NCBI GenBank assembly: GCA_964057225.1
Contig: OZ059900.1
Coordinates: 7,936,001 to 8,000,000 of the forward strand
Reading direction: 5' to 3'
Origin: Auanema rhodensis
Taxonomy: Eukaryota > Animalia > Nematoda
Length of the DNA stretch: 64,000 bases
Positions within the stretch are counted from its first letter, which is position 1. Each line of letters starts with the position of its first letter. A program made the position numbers and the translations under genes. Under the pieces are notes generated by a model, which was not told the DNA's origin, searched no databases, and worked only from the letters and a program-made list of their open reading frames with translations. This document shows, piece by piece, positions 40,018 through 55,000 of the stretch.

Positions 40018-43000
40018 GAATATCAAAACTGATTGAAATATGGGCCTTTTTATGCTCAAAACGCCATATATTCAACGATTTTGGGTACAAAACATGTGAA
40101 AACTGTATGTTTTGATCAGACCCTTTGAGATATGGATTTGAAATTCAGGATTCATAAACTTCGACTATTTCTACATATATATGTCCAATTTTAACCACTT
40201 TGGTCAAAAAGGACCGAAAATATCAAGAATTATTGGTTTTTTGGGGTTTGAAGGGCATTTTGGCAAAATCAGTCAAACTTTTGATCTTAAGCATATTTTT
40301 TTTTCTAAAACGACTAAATGTATGAAATACTGTCAAAGAATGTTCATATAGGTGTATTTTGCACGAATATCAAAACTGATTGAAATATGGGCCTTTTTAT
40401 GCTCAAAACGCCATATATTCAACGATTTTGGGTACAAAACATGTGAAAACTGTATGTTTTGATCAGACCCTTTGAGATATGGATTTGAAATTCAGGATTC
40501 ATAAACGTTGACTATTTTTACATATATATGTTCAATTTTAACCACTTTGGTCAAAAAGGACCGAAAATATCAAGAATTATTGGTTTTTTGGGGTTTGAAG
40601 GGTATTTTGGCAAAATCAGTCAAACTTTTGATCTTAAGCATATTTTTTTCTTCTAAAACGACTAAATGTATGAAATACTGTCATAGAATGTTCATATAGG
40701 TGTATTTTGCACGAATATCAAAACTGATTGAAATATGGGCCTTTTTATGTTCAAAACGCCATATATTCAACGATTTTGGGTACAAAACATGTGAAAACTG
40801 TATGTTTTGATCAGACCCTTTGAGATATGGTTTTGAAATTCAGGATTCATAAACTTTGACTATTTTTACATATATATGTTCAATTTTAACCACTTTGGTC
40901 AAGAAGGACCGAAAATATCAAGAATTATTGGTTTTTTGGGGTTTGAAGGGCATTTTGGCAAAATCAGTCAAACTTTTGATCTTAAGCATATTTTTTTTTC
41001 TAAAACGACTAAATGTAAGAAATACTGTCAAAGAATGTTCATATAGGTGTATTTTGCACGAATATCAAAACTGATTGAAATATGGGCCTTTTTATGCTCA
41101 AAACGCCATATATTCAACGATTTTGGGTACAAAACATGTGAAAACTGTATGTTTTGATCAGACCCTTTGAGATATGGATTTGAAATTCAGGATTCATAAA
41201 CGTTGACTATTTTTACATATATATGTTCAATTTTAACCACTTTGGTCAAAAAGGACCGAAAATATCAAGAATTATTGGTTTTTTGGGGTTTGAAGGGTAT
41301 TTTGGCAAAATCAGTCAAACTTTTGATCTTAAGCATATTTTTTTCTTCTAAAACGACTAAATGTATGAAATACTGTCATAGAATGTTCATATAGGTGTAT
41401 TTTGCACGAATATCAAAACTGATTGAAATATGGGCCTTTTTATGTTCAAAACGCCATATATTCAACGATTTTGGGTACAAAACATGTGAAAACTGTATGT
41501 TTTGATCAGACCCTTTGAGATATGGATTTGAAATTCAGGATTCATAAACTTTGACTATTTTTACATATATATGTTCAATTTTAACCACTTTGGTCAAGAA
41601 GGACCGAAAATATCAAGAATTATTGGTTTTTTGGGGTTTGAAGGGCATTTTGGCAAAATCAGTCAGACTTTTGATCTTAAGCATATTTTTTTCTTCTAAA
41701 ACGACTAAATGTATGAAATACTGTCAAAGAATGTTCATATAGGTGTATTTTGCACGAATATCAAAACTGATTGAAATATGGGCCTTTTTATGCTCAAAAC
41801 GCCATATATTCAACGATTTTGGGTACAAAACATGTGAAAACTGTATGTTTTGATCAGACCCTTTGAGATATGGATTTGAAATTCAGGATTCATAAACTTT
41901 GACTATTTTTACATATATATGTCCAAATTTAACCACTTTGGTCAAAAAGGACCGAGAATATCAAGAATTATTGGTTTTTTGGGGATTGAAGGGCATTTTG
42001 GCAAAATCAGTCAAACTTTTGATCTTAAGCATATTTTTTTTTCTAAAACGACTAAATGTATGAAATACTGTCAAAGAATGTTCATATAGGTGTATTTTGC
42101 ACGAATATCAAAACTGATTGAAATATGGGCCTTTTTATGCTCAAAACGCCATATATTCAACGATTTTGGGTACAAAACATGTGAAAACTGTATGTTTTGA
42201 TCAGACCCTTTGAGATATGGATTTGAAATTCAGGATTCATAAACTTTGACTATTTTTACATATATATGTCCAAATTTAACCACTTTGGTCAAAAAGGACC
42301 GAGAATATCAAGAATTATTGGTTTTTTGGGGATTGAAGGGCATTTTGGCAAAATCAGTCAAACTTTTGATCTTAAGCATATTTTTTTCTTCTAAAACGAC
42401 TAAATGTATGAAATACTGTCATAGAATGTTCATATAGGTGTATTTTGCACGAATATCAAAACTGATTGAAATATGGGCCTTTTTATGCTCAAAACGCCAT
42501 ATATTCAACGATTTTGGGTACAAAACATGTGAAAACTGTATGTTTTGATCAGACCCTTTGAGATATGGATTTGAAATTCAGGATTCATAAATTTTGACTA
42601 TTTTTACATATATATGTTCAATTTTAACCATTTTGGTCAAGAAGGACCGAAAATATCAAGAATTATTGGTTTTTTGGGGTTTGAAGGGCATTTTGGCAAA
42701 ATCAGTCAAACTTTTGATCTTAAGCATATTTTTTTCTTCTAAAACGACTAAATGTATGAAATACTGTCATAGAATGTTCATATAGGTGTATTTTGCACGA
42801 ATATCAAAACTGATTGAAATATGGGCCTTTTTATGCTCAAAACGCCATATATTCAACGATTTTGGGTACAAAACATGTGAAAACTGTATGTTTTGATCAG
42901 ACCCTTTGAGATATGGATTTGAAATTCAGGATTCATAAACTTCGACTATTTCTACATATATATGTCCAATTTTAACCACTTTGGTCAAAAAGGACCGAAA

Positions 43001-46000
43001 ATATCAAGAATTATTGGTTTTTTGGGGTTTGAAGGGCATTTTGGCAAAATCAGTCAAACTTTTGATCTTAAGCATATTTTTTTTTCTAAAACGACTAAAT
43101 GTATGAAATACTGTCAAAGAATGTTCATATAGGTGTATTTTGCACGAATATCAAAACTGATTGAAATATGGGCCTTTTTATGCTCAAAACGCCATATATT
43201 CAACGATTTTGGGTACAAAACATGTGAAAACTGTATGTTTTGATCAGACCCTTTGAGATATGGATTTGAAATTCAGGATTCATAAACGTTGACTATTTTT
43301 ACATATATATGTTCAATTTTAACCACTTTGGTCAAAAAGGACCGAAAATATCAAGAATTATTGGTTTTTTGGGGTTTGAAGGGTATTTTGGCAAAATCAG
43401 TCAAACTTTTGATCTTAAGCATATTTTTTTCTTCTAAAACGACTAAATGTATGAAATACTGTCATAGAATGTTCATATAGGTGTATTTTGCACGAATATC
43501 AAAACTGATTGAAATATGGGCCTTTTTATGTTCAAAACGCCATATATTCAACGATTTTGGGTACAAAACATGTGAAAACTGTATGTTTTGATCAGACCCT
43601 TTGAGATATGGATTTGAAATTCAGGATTCATAAACTTTGACTATTTTTACATATATATGTTCAATTTTAACCACTTTGGTCAAGAAGGACCGAAAATATC
43701 AAGAATTATTGGTTTTTTGGGGTTTGAAGGGCATTTTGGCAAAATCAGTCAAACTTTTGATCTTAAGCATATTTTTTTTTCTAAAACGACTAAATGTATG
43801 AAATACTGTCAAAGAATGTTCATATAGGTGTATTTTGCACGAATATCAAAACTGATTGAAATATGGGCCTTTTTATGCTCAAAACGCCATATATTCAACG
43901 ATTTTGGGTACAAAACATGTGAAAACTGTATGTTTTGATCAGACCCTTTGAGATATGGATTTGAAATTCAGGATTCATAAACGTTGACTATTTTTACATA
44001 TATATGTTCAATTTTAACCACTTTGGTCAAAAAGGACCGAAAATATCAAGAATTATTGGTTTTTTGGGGTTTGAAGGGTATTTTGGCAAAATCAGTCAAA
44101 CTTTTGATCTTAAGCATATTTTTTTCTTCTAAAACGACTAAATGTATGAAATACTGTCATAGAATGTTCATATAGGTGTATTTTGCACGAATATCAAAAC
44201 TGATTGAAATATGGGCCTTTTTATGTTCAAAACGCCATATATTCAACGATTTTGGGTACAAAACATGTGAAAACTGTATGTTTTGATCAGACCCTTTGAG
44301 ATATGGATTTGAAATTCAGGATTCATAAACTTTGACTATTTTTACATATATATGTTCAATTTTAACCACTTTGGTCAAGAAGGACCGAAAATATCAAGAA
44401 TTATTGGTTTTTTGGGGTTTGAAGGGCATTTTGGCAAAATCAGTCAAACTTTTGATCTTAAGCATATTTTTTTCTTCTAAAACGACTAAATGTATGAAAT
44501 ACTGTCAAAGAATGTTCATATAGGTGTATTTTGCACGAATATCAAAACTGATTGAAATATGGGCCTTTTTATGCTCAAAACGCCATATATTCAACGATTT
44601 TGGGTACAAAACATGTGAAAACTGTATGTTTTGATCAGACCCTTTGAGATATGGATTTGAAATTCAGGATTCATAAACTTTGACTATTTTTACATATATA
44701 TGTTCAATTGTAACCACTTTGGTCAAAAAGGACCGAAAATATCAAGAATTATTGGTTTTTTAGGGTTTGAAGGGCATTTTGGCAAAATCAGTCAAACTTT
44801 TGATCTTAAGCATATTTTTTTCTTCTAAAACGACTAAATGTATGAAATACTGTCAAAGAATGTTCATATAGGTGTATTTTGCACGAATATCAAAACTGAT
44901 TGAAATATGGGCCTTTTTATGCTCAAAACGCCATATATTCAACGATTTTGGGTACAAAACATGTGAAAACTGTATGTTTTGATCAGACCCTTTGAGATAT
45001 GGATTTAAAATTCAGGATTCATAAAATTCGACTATTTTTACATATATATGTCCAATTTTAACCACTTTGGTCAAAAAGGACCGAAAATATCAAGAATTAT
45101 TGGTTTTTTGGGGTTTGAAGGGCATTTTGGCAAAATCAGTCAAACTTTTGATCTTAAGCATATTTTTTTCTTCTAAAACGACTAAATGTATGAAATACTG
45201 TCATAGAATGTTCATATAGGTGTATTTTGCACGAATATCAAAACTGATTGAAATATGGGCCTTTTTATGCTCAAAACGCCATATATTCAACGATTTTGGG
45301 TACAAAACATGTGAAAACTGTATGTTTTGATCAGACCCTTTGAGATATGGATTTGAAATTCAGGATTCATAAACTTCGACTATTTCTACATATATATGTC
45401 CAATTTTAACCACTTTGGTCAAAAAGGACCGAAAATATCAAGAATTATTGGTTTTTTGGGGTTTGAAGGGCATTTTGGCAAAATCAGTCAAACTTTTGAT
45501 CTTAAGCATATTTTTTTTTCTAAAACGACTAAATGTATGAAATACTGTCAAAGAATGTTCATATAGGTGTATTTTGCACGAATATCAAAACTGATTGAAA
45601 TATGGGCCTTTTTATGCTCAAAACGCCATATATTCAACGATTTTGGGTACAAAACATGTGAAAACTGTATGTTTTGATCAGACCCTTTGAGATATGGATT
45701 TGAAATTCAGGATTCATAAACTTTGACTATTTTTACATATATATGTTCAATTTTAACCACTTTGGTCAAAAAGGACCGAAAATATCAAGAATTATTGGTT
45801 TTTTAGGGTTTGAAGGGCATTTTGGCAAAATCAGTCAAACTTTTGATCTTAAGCATATTTTTTTCTTCTAAAACGACTAAATGTATGAAATACTGTCATA
45901 GAATGTTCATATAGGTGTATTTTGCACGAATATCAAAACTGATTGAAATATGGGCCTTTTTATGCTCAAAACGCCATATATTCAACGATTTTGGGTACAA

Positions 46001-49000
46001 AACATGTGAAAACTGTATGTTTTGATCAGACCCTTTGAGATATGGATTTGAAATTCAGGATTCATAAACTTTGACTATTTTTACATATATATGTTCAATT
46101 TTAACCACTTTGGTCAAAAAGGACCGAAAATATCAAGAATTATTGGTTTTTTAGGGTTTGAAGGGCATTTTGGCAAAATCAGTCAAACTTTTGATCTTAA
46201 GCATATTTTTTTCTTCTAAAACGACTAAATGTATGAAATACTGTCATAGAATGTTCATATAGGTGTATTTTGCACGAATATCAAAACTGATTGAAATATG
46301 GGCCTTTTTATGTTCAAAACGCCATATATTCAACGATTTTGGGTACAAAACATGTGAAAACTGTATGTTTTGATCAGACCCTTTGAGATATGGATTTGAA
46401 ATTCAGGATTCATAAACTTTGACTATTTTTACATATATATGTCCAAATTTAACCACTTTGGTCAAAAAGGACCGAGAATATCAAGAATTATTGGTTTTTT
46501 GGGGATTGAAGGGCATTTTGGCAAAATCAGTCAAACTTTTGATCTTAAGCATATTTTTTTCTTCTAAAACGACTAAATGTATGAAATACTGTCATAGAAT
46601 GTTCATATAGGTGTATTTTGCACGAATATCAAAACTGATTGAAATATGGGCCTTTTTATGCTCAAAACGCCATATATTCAACGATTTTGGGTACAAAACA
46701 TGTGAAAACTGTATGTTTTGATCAGACCCTTTGAGATATGGATTTGAAATTCAGGATTCATAAATTTTGACTATTTTTACATATATATGTTCAATTTTAA
46801 CCACTTTGGTCAAGAAGGACCGAAAATATCAAGAATTATTGGTTTTTTGGGGTTTGAAGGGCATTTTGGCAAAATCAGTCAAACTTTTGATCTTAAGCAT
46901 ATTTTTTTCTTCTAAAACGACTAAATGTATGAAATACTGTCATAGAATGTTCATATAGGTGTATTTTGCACGAATATCAAAACTGATTGAAATATGGGCC
47001 TTTTTATGCTCAAAACGCCATATATTCAACGATTTTGGGTACAAAACATGTGAAAACTGTATGTTTTGATCAGACCCTTTGAGATATGGATTTGAAATTC
47101 AGGATTCATAAACTTCGACTATTTCTACATATATATGTCCAATTTTAACCACTTTGGTCAAAAAGGACCGAAAATATCAAGAATTATTGGTTTTTTGGGG
47201 TTTGAAGGGCATTTTGGCAAAATCAGTCAAACTTTTGATCTTAAGCATATTTTTTTTTCTAAAACGACTAAATGTATGAAATACTGTCAAAGAATGTTCA
47301 TATAGGTGTATTTTGCACGAATATCAAAACTGATTGAAATATGGGCCTTTTTATGCTCAAAACGCCATATATTCAACGATTTTGGGTACAAAACATGTGA
47401 AAACTGTATGTTTTGATCAGACCCTTTGAGATATGGATTTGAAATTCAGGATTCATAAACGTTGACTATTTTTACATATATATGTTCAATTTTAACCACT
47501 TTGGTCAAAAAGGACCGAAAATATCAAGAATTATTGGTTTTTTGGGGTTTGAAGGGTATTTTGGCAAAATCAGTCAAACTTTTGATCTTAAGCATATTTT
47601 TTTCTTCTAAAACGACTAAATGTATGAAATACTGTCATAGAATGTTCATATAGGTGTATTTTGCACGAATATCAAAACTGATTGAAATATGGGCCTTTTT
47701 ATGTTCAAAACGCCATATATTCAACGATTTTGGGTACAAAACATGTGAAAACTGTATGTTTTGATCAGACCCTTTGAGATATGGATTTGAAATTCAGGAT
47801 TCATAAACTTTGACTATTTTTACATATATATGTTCAATTTTAACCACTTTGGTCAAGAAGGACCGAAAATATCAAGAATTATTGGTTTTTTGGGGTTTGA
47901 AGGGCATTTTGGCAAAATCAGTCAAACTTTTGATCTTAAGCATATTTTTTTTTCTAAAACGACTAAATGTATGAAATACTGTCAAAGAATGTTCATATAG
48001 GTGTATTTTGCACGAATATCAAAACTGATTGAAATATGGGCCTTTTTATGCTCAAAACGCCATATATTCAACGATTTTGGGTACAAAACATGTGAAAACT
48101 GTATGTTTTGATCAGACCCTTTGAGATATGGATTTGAAATTCAGGATTCATAAACGTTGACTATTTTTACATATATATGTTCAATTTTAACCACTTTGGT
48201 CAAAAAGGACCGAAAATATCAAGAATTATTGGTTTTTTGGGGTTTGAAGGGTATTTTGGCAAAATCAGTCAAACTTTTGATCTTAAGCATATTTTTTTCT
48301 TCTAAAACGACTAAATGTATGAAATACTGTCATAGAATGTTCATATAGGTGTATTTTGCACGAATATCAAAACTGATTGAAATATGGGCCTTTTTATGTT
48401 CAAAACGCCATATATTCAACGATTTTGGGTACAAAACATGTGAAAACTGTATGTTTTGATCAGACCCTTTGAGATATGGATTTGAAATTCAGGATTCATA
48501 AACTTTGACTATTTTTACATATATATGTTCAATTTTAACCACTTTGGTCAAGAAGGACCGAAAATATCAAGAATTATTGGTTTTTTGGGGTTTGAAGGGC
48601 ATTTTGGCAAAATCAGTCAAACTTTTGATCTTAAGCATATTTTTTTCTTCTAAAACGACTAAATGTATGAAATACTGTCAAAGAATGTTCATATAGGTGT
48701 ATTTTGCACGAATATCAAAACTGATTGAAATATGGGCCTTTTTATGCTCAAAACGCCATATATTCAACGATTTTGGGTACAAAACATGTGAAAACTGTAT
48801 GTTTTGATCAGACCCTTTGAGATATGGATTTGAAATTCAGGATTCATAAACTTTGACTATTTTTACATATATATGTCCAAATTTAACCACTTTGGTCAAA
48901 AAGGACCGAGAATATCAAGAATTATTGGTTTTTTGGGGATTGAAGGGCATTTTGGCAAAATCAGTCAAACTTTTGATCTTAAGCATATTTTTTTTTCTAA

Positions 49001-52000
49001 AACGACTAAATGTATGAAATACTGTCAAAGAATGTTCATATAGGTGTATTTTGCACGAATATCAAAACTGATTGAAATATGGGCCTTTTTATGCTCAAAA
49101 CGCCATATATTCAACGATTTTGGGTACAAAACATGTGAAAACTGTATGTTTTGATCAGACCCTTTGAGATATGGATTTAAAATTCAGGATTCATAAAATT
49201 CGACTATTTTTACATATATATGTCCAATTTTAACCACTTTGGTCAAAAAGGACCGAAAATATCAAGAATTATTGGTTTTTTGGGGTTTGAAGGGCATTTT
49301 GGCAAAATCAGTCAAACTTTTGATCTTAAGCATATTTTTTTCTTCTAAAACGACTAAATGTATGAAATACTGTCATAGAATGTTCATATAGGTGTATTTT
49401 GCACGAATATCAAAACTGATTGAAATATGGGCCTTTTTATGCTCAAAACGCCATATATTCAACGATTTTGGGTACAAAACATGTGAAAACTGTATGTTTT
49501 GATCAGACCCTTTGAGATATGGATTTGAAATTCAGGATTCATAAACTTCGACTATTTCTACATATATATGTCCAATTTTAACCACTTTGGTCAAAAAGGA
49601 CCGAAAATATCAAGAATTATTGGTTTTTTGGGGTTTGAAGGGCATTTTGGCAAAATCAGTCAAACTTTTGATCTTAAGCATATTTTTTTTTCTAAAACGA
49701 CTAAATGTATGAAATACTGTCAAAGAATGTTCATATAGGTGTATTTTGCACGAATATCAAAACTGATTGAAATATGGGCCTTTTTATGCTCAAAACGCCA
49801 TATATTCAACGATTTTGGGTACAAAACATGTGAAAACTGTATGTTTTGATCAGACCCTTTGAGATATGGATTTGAAATTCAGGATTCATAAACTTTGACT
49901 ATTTTTACATATATATGTTCAATTTTAACCACTTTGGTCAAAAAGGACCGAAAATATCAAGAATTATTGGTTTTTTAGGGTTTGAAGGGCATTTTGGCAA
50001 AATCAGTCAAACTTTTGATCTTAAGCATATTTTTTTCTTCTAAAACGACTAAATGTATGAAATACTGTCATAGAATGTTCATATAGGTGTATTTTGCACG
50101 AATATCAAAACTGATTGAAATATGGGCCTTTTTATGCTCAAAACGCCATATATTCAACGATTTTGGGTACAAAACATGTGAAAACTGTATGTTTTGATCA
50201 GACCCTTTGAGATATGGATTTGAAATTCAGGATTCATAAACTTTGACTATTTTTACATATATATGTTCAATTTTAACCACTTTGGTCAAAAAGGACCGAA
50301 AATATCAAGAATTATTGGTTTTTTGGGGTTTGAAGGGCATTTTGGCAAAATCAGTCAAACTTTTGATCTTAAGCATATTTTTTTCTTCTAAAACGACTAA
50401 ATGTATGAAATACTGTCATAGAATGTTCATATAGGTGTATTTTGCACGAATATCAAAACTGATTGAAATATGGGCCTTTTTATGCTCAAAACGCCATATA
50501 TTCAACGATTTTGGGTACAAAACATGTGAAAACTGTATGTTTTGATCAGACCCTTTGAGATATGGATTTGAAATTCAGGATTCATAAACTTCGACTATTT
50601 CTACATATATATGTCCAATTTTAACCACTTTGGTCAAAAAGGACCGAAAATATCAAGAATTATTGGTTTTTTGGGGTTTGAAGGGCATTTTGGCAAAATC
50701 AGTCAAACTTTTGATCTTAAGCATATTTTTTTTTCTAAAACGACTAAATGTATGAAATACTGTCAAAGAATGTTCATATAGGTGTATTTTGCACGAATAT
50801 CAAAACTGATTGAAATATGGGCCTTTTTATGCTCAAAACGCCATATATTCAACGATTTTGGGTACAAAACATGTGAAAACTGTATGTTTTGATCAGACCC
50901 TTTGAGATATGGATTTGAAATTCAGGATTCATAAACGTTGACTATTTTTACATATATATGTTCAATTTTAACCACTTTGGTCAAAAAGGACCGAAAATAT
51001 CAAGAATTATTGGTTTTTTGGGGTTTGAAGGGTATTTTGGCAAAATCAGTCAAACTTTTGATCTTAAGCATATTTTTTTCTTCTAAAACGACTAAATGTA
51101 TGAAATACTGTCATAGAATGTTCATATAGGTGTATTTTGCACGAATATCAAAACTGATTGAAATATGGGCCTTTTTATGTTCAAAACGCCATATATTCAA
51201 CGATTTTGGGTACAAAACATGTGAAAACTGTATGTTTTGATCAGACCCTTTGAGATATGGATTTGAAATTCAGGATTCATAAACTTTGACTATTTTTACA
51301 TATATATGTTCAATTTTAACCACTTTGGTCAAGAAGGACCGAAAATATCAAGAATTATTGGTTTTTTGGGGTTTGAAGGGCATTTTGGCAAAATCAGTCA
51401 AACTTTTGATCTTAAGCATATTTTTTTTTCTAAAACGACTAAATGTATGAAATACTGTCAAAGAATGTTCATATAGGTGTATTTTGCACGAATATCAAAA
51501 CTGATTGAAATATGGGCCTTTTTATGCTCAAAACGCCATATATTCAACGATTTTGGGTACAAAACATGTGAAAACTGTATGTTTTGATCAGACCCTTTGA
51601 GATATGGATTTGAAATTCAGGATTCATAAACGTTGACTATTTTTACATATATATGTTCAATTTTAACCACTTTGGTCAAAAAGGACCGAAAATATCAAGA
51701 ATTATTGGTTTTTTGGGGTTTGAAGGGTATTTTGGCAAAATCAGTCAAACTTTTGATCTTAAGCATATTTTTTTCTTCTAAAACGACTAAATGTATGAAA
51801 TACTGTCATAGAATGTTCATATAGGTGTATTTTGCACGAATATCAAAACTGATTGAAATATGGGCCTTTTTATGTTCAAAACGCCATATATTCAACGATT
51901 TTGGGTACAAAACATGTGAAAACTGTATGTTTTGATCAGACCCTTTGAGATATGGATTTGAAATTCAGGATTCATAAACTTTGACTATTTTTACATATAT

Positions 52001-55000
52001 ATGTTCAATTTTAACCACTTTGGTCAAGAAGGACCGAAAATATCAAGAATTATTGGTTTTTTGGGGTTTGAAGGGCATTTTGGCAAAATCAGTCAAACTT
52101 TTGATCTTAAGCATATTTTTTTCTTCTAAAACGACTAAATGTATGAAATACTGTCAAAGAATGTTCATATAGGTGTATTTTGCACGAATATCAAAACTGA
52201 TTGAAATATGGGCCTTTTTATGCTCAAAACGCCATATATTCAACGATTTTGGGTACAAAACATGTGAAAACTGTATGTTTTGATCAGACCCTTTGAGATA
52301 TGGATTTGAAATTCAGGATTCATAAACTTTGACTATTTTTACATATATATGTCCAAATTTAACCACTTTGGTCAAAAAGGACCGAGAATATCAAGAATTA
52401 TTGGTTTTTTGGGGATTGAAGGGCATTTTGGCAAAATCAGTCAAACTTTTGATCTTAAGCATATTTTTTTTTCTAAAACGACTAAATGTATGAAATACTG
52501 TCAAAGAATGTTCATATAGGTGTATTTTGCACGAATATCAAAACTGATTGAAATATGGGCCTTTTTATGCTCAAAACGCCATATATTCAACGATTTTGGG
52601 TACAAAACATGTGAAAACTGTATGTTTTGATCAGACCCTTTGAGATATGGATTTAAAATTCAGGATTCATAAAATTCGACTATTTTTACATATATATGTC
52701 CAATTTTAACCACTTTGGTCAAAAAGGACCGAAAATATCAAGAATTATTGGTTTTTTGGGGTTTGAAGGGCATTTTGGCAAAATCAGTCAAACTTTTGAT
52801 CTTAAGCATATTTTTTTCTTCTAAAACGACTAAATGTATGAAATACTGTCATAGAATGTTCATATAGGTGTATTTTGCACGAATATCAAAACTGATTGAA
52901 ATATGGGCCTTTTTATGCTCAAAACGCCATATATTCAACGATTTTGGGTACAAAACATGTGAAAACTGTATGTTTTGATCAGACCCTTTGAGATATGGAT
53001 TTGAAATTCAGGATTCATAAACTTCGACTATTTCTACATATATATGTCCAATTTTAACCACTTTGGTCAAAAAGGACCGAAAATATCAAGAATTATTGGT
53101 TTTTTGGGGTTTGAAGGGCATTTTGGCAAAATCAGTCAAACTTTTGATCTTAAGCATATTTTTTTTTCTAAAACGACTAAATGTATGAAATACTGTCAAA
53201 GAATGTTCATATAGGTGTATTTTGTACGAATATCAAAACTGATTGAAATATGGGCCTTTTTATGCTCAAAACGCCATATATTCAACGATTTTGGGTACAA
53301 AACATGTGAAAACTGTATGTTTTGATCAGACCCTTTGAGATATGGATTTGAAATTCAGGATTCATAAACTTTGACTATTTTTACATATATATGTTCAATT
53401 TTAACCACTTTGGTCAAAAAGGACCGAAAATATCAAGAATTATTGGTTTTTTAGGGTTTGAAGGGCATTTTGGCAAAATCAGTCAAACTTTTGATCTTAA
53501 GCATATTTTTTTCTTCTAAAACGACTAAATGTATGAAATACTGTCATAGAATGTTCATATAGGTGTATTTTGCACGAATATCAAAACTGATTGAAATATG
53601 GGCCTTTTTATGCTCAAAACGCCATATATTCAACGATTTTGGGTACAAAACATGTGAAAACTGTATGTTTTGATCAGACCCTTTGAGATATGGATTTGAA
53701 ATTCAGGATTCATAAACTTTGACTATTTTTACATATATATGTTCAATTTTAACCACTTTGGTCAAAAAGGACCGAAAATATCAAGAATTATTGGTTTTTT
53801 AGGGTTTGAAGGGCATTTTGGCAAAATCAGTCAAACTTTTGATCTTAAGCATATTTTTTTCTTCTAAAACGACTAAATGTATGAAATACTGTCATAGAAT
53901 GTTCATATAGGTGTATTTTGCACGAATATCAAAACTGATTGAAATATGGGCCTTTTTATGTTCAAAACGCCATATATTCAACGATTTTGGGTACAAAACA
54001 TGTGAAAACTGTATGTTTTGATCAGACCCTTTGAGATATGGATTTGAAATTCAGGATTCATAAACTTTGACTATTTTTACATATATATGTCCAAATTTAA
54101 CCACTTTGGTCAAAAAGGACCGAGAATATCAAGAATTATTGGTTTTTTGGGGATTGAAGGGCATTTTGGCAAAATCAGTCAAACTTTTGATCTTAAGCAT
54201 ATTTTTTTCTTCTAAAACGACTAAATGTATGAAATACTGTCATAGAATGTTCATATAGGTGTATTTTGCACGAATATCAAAACTGATTGAAATATGGGCC
54301 TTTTTATGCTCAAAACGCCATATATTCAACGATTTTGGGTACAAAACATGTGAAAACTGTATGTTTTGATCAGACCCTTTGAGATATGGATTTGAAATTC
54401 AGGATTCATAAATTTTGACTATTTTTACATATATATGTTCAATTTTAACCACTTTGGTCAAGAAGGACCGAAAATATCAAGAATTATTGGTTTTTTGGGG
54501 TTTGAAGGGCATTTTGGCAAAATCAGTCAAACTTTTGATCTTAAGCATATTTTTTTCTTCTAAAACGACTAAATGTATGAAATACTGTCATAGAATGTTC
54601 ATATAGGTGTATTTTGCACGAATATCAAAACTGATTGAAATATGGGCCTTTTTATGCTCAAAACGCCATATATTCAACGATTTTGGGTACAAAACATGTG
54701 AAAACTGTATGTTTTGATCAGACCCTTTGAGATATGGATTTGAAATTCAGGATTCATAAACTTCGACTATTTCTACATATATATGTCCAATTTTAACCAC
54801 TTTGGTCAAAAAGGACCGAAAATATCAAGAATTATTGGTTTTTTGGGGTTTGAAGGGCATTTTGGCAAAATCAGTCAAACTTTTGATCTTAAGCATATTT
54901 TTTTTTCTAAAACGACTAAATGTATGAAATACTGTCAAAGAATGTTCATATAGGTGTATTTTGCACGAATATCAAAACTGATTGAAATATGGGCCTTTTT

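Noticed and set aside
40504-44712. Several variants create 6-bp palindromes (AACGTT, CAATTG, AAATTT, GAATTC, TTTAAA)
   Set aside because: Symmetry does not extend beyond about 6 bp and such sites arise easily in 70% AT DNA; not distinguishable from chance without simulation.
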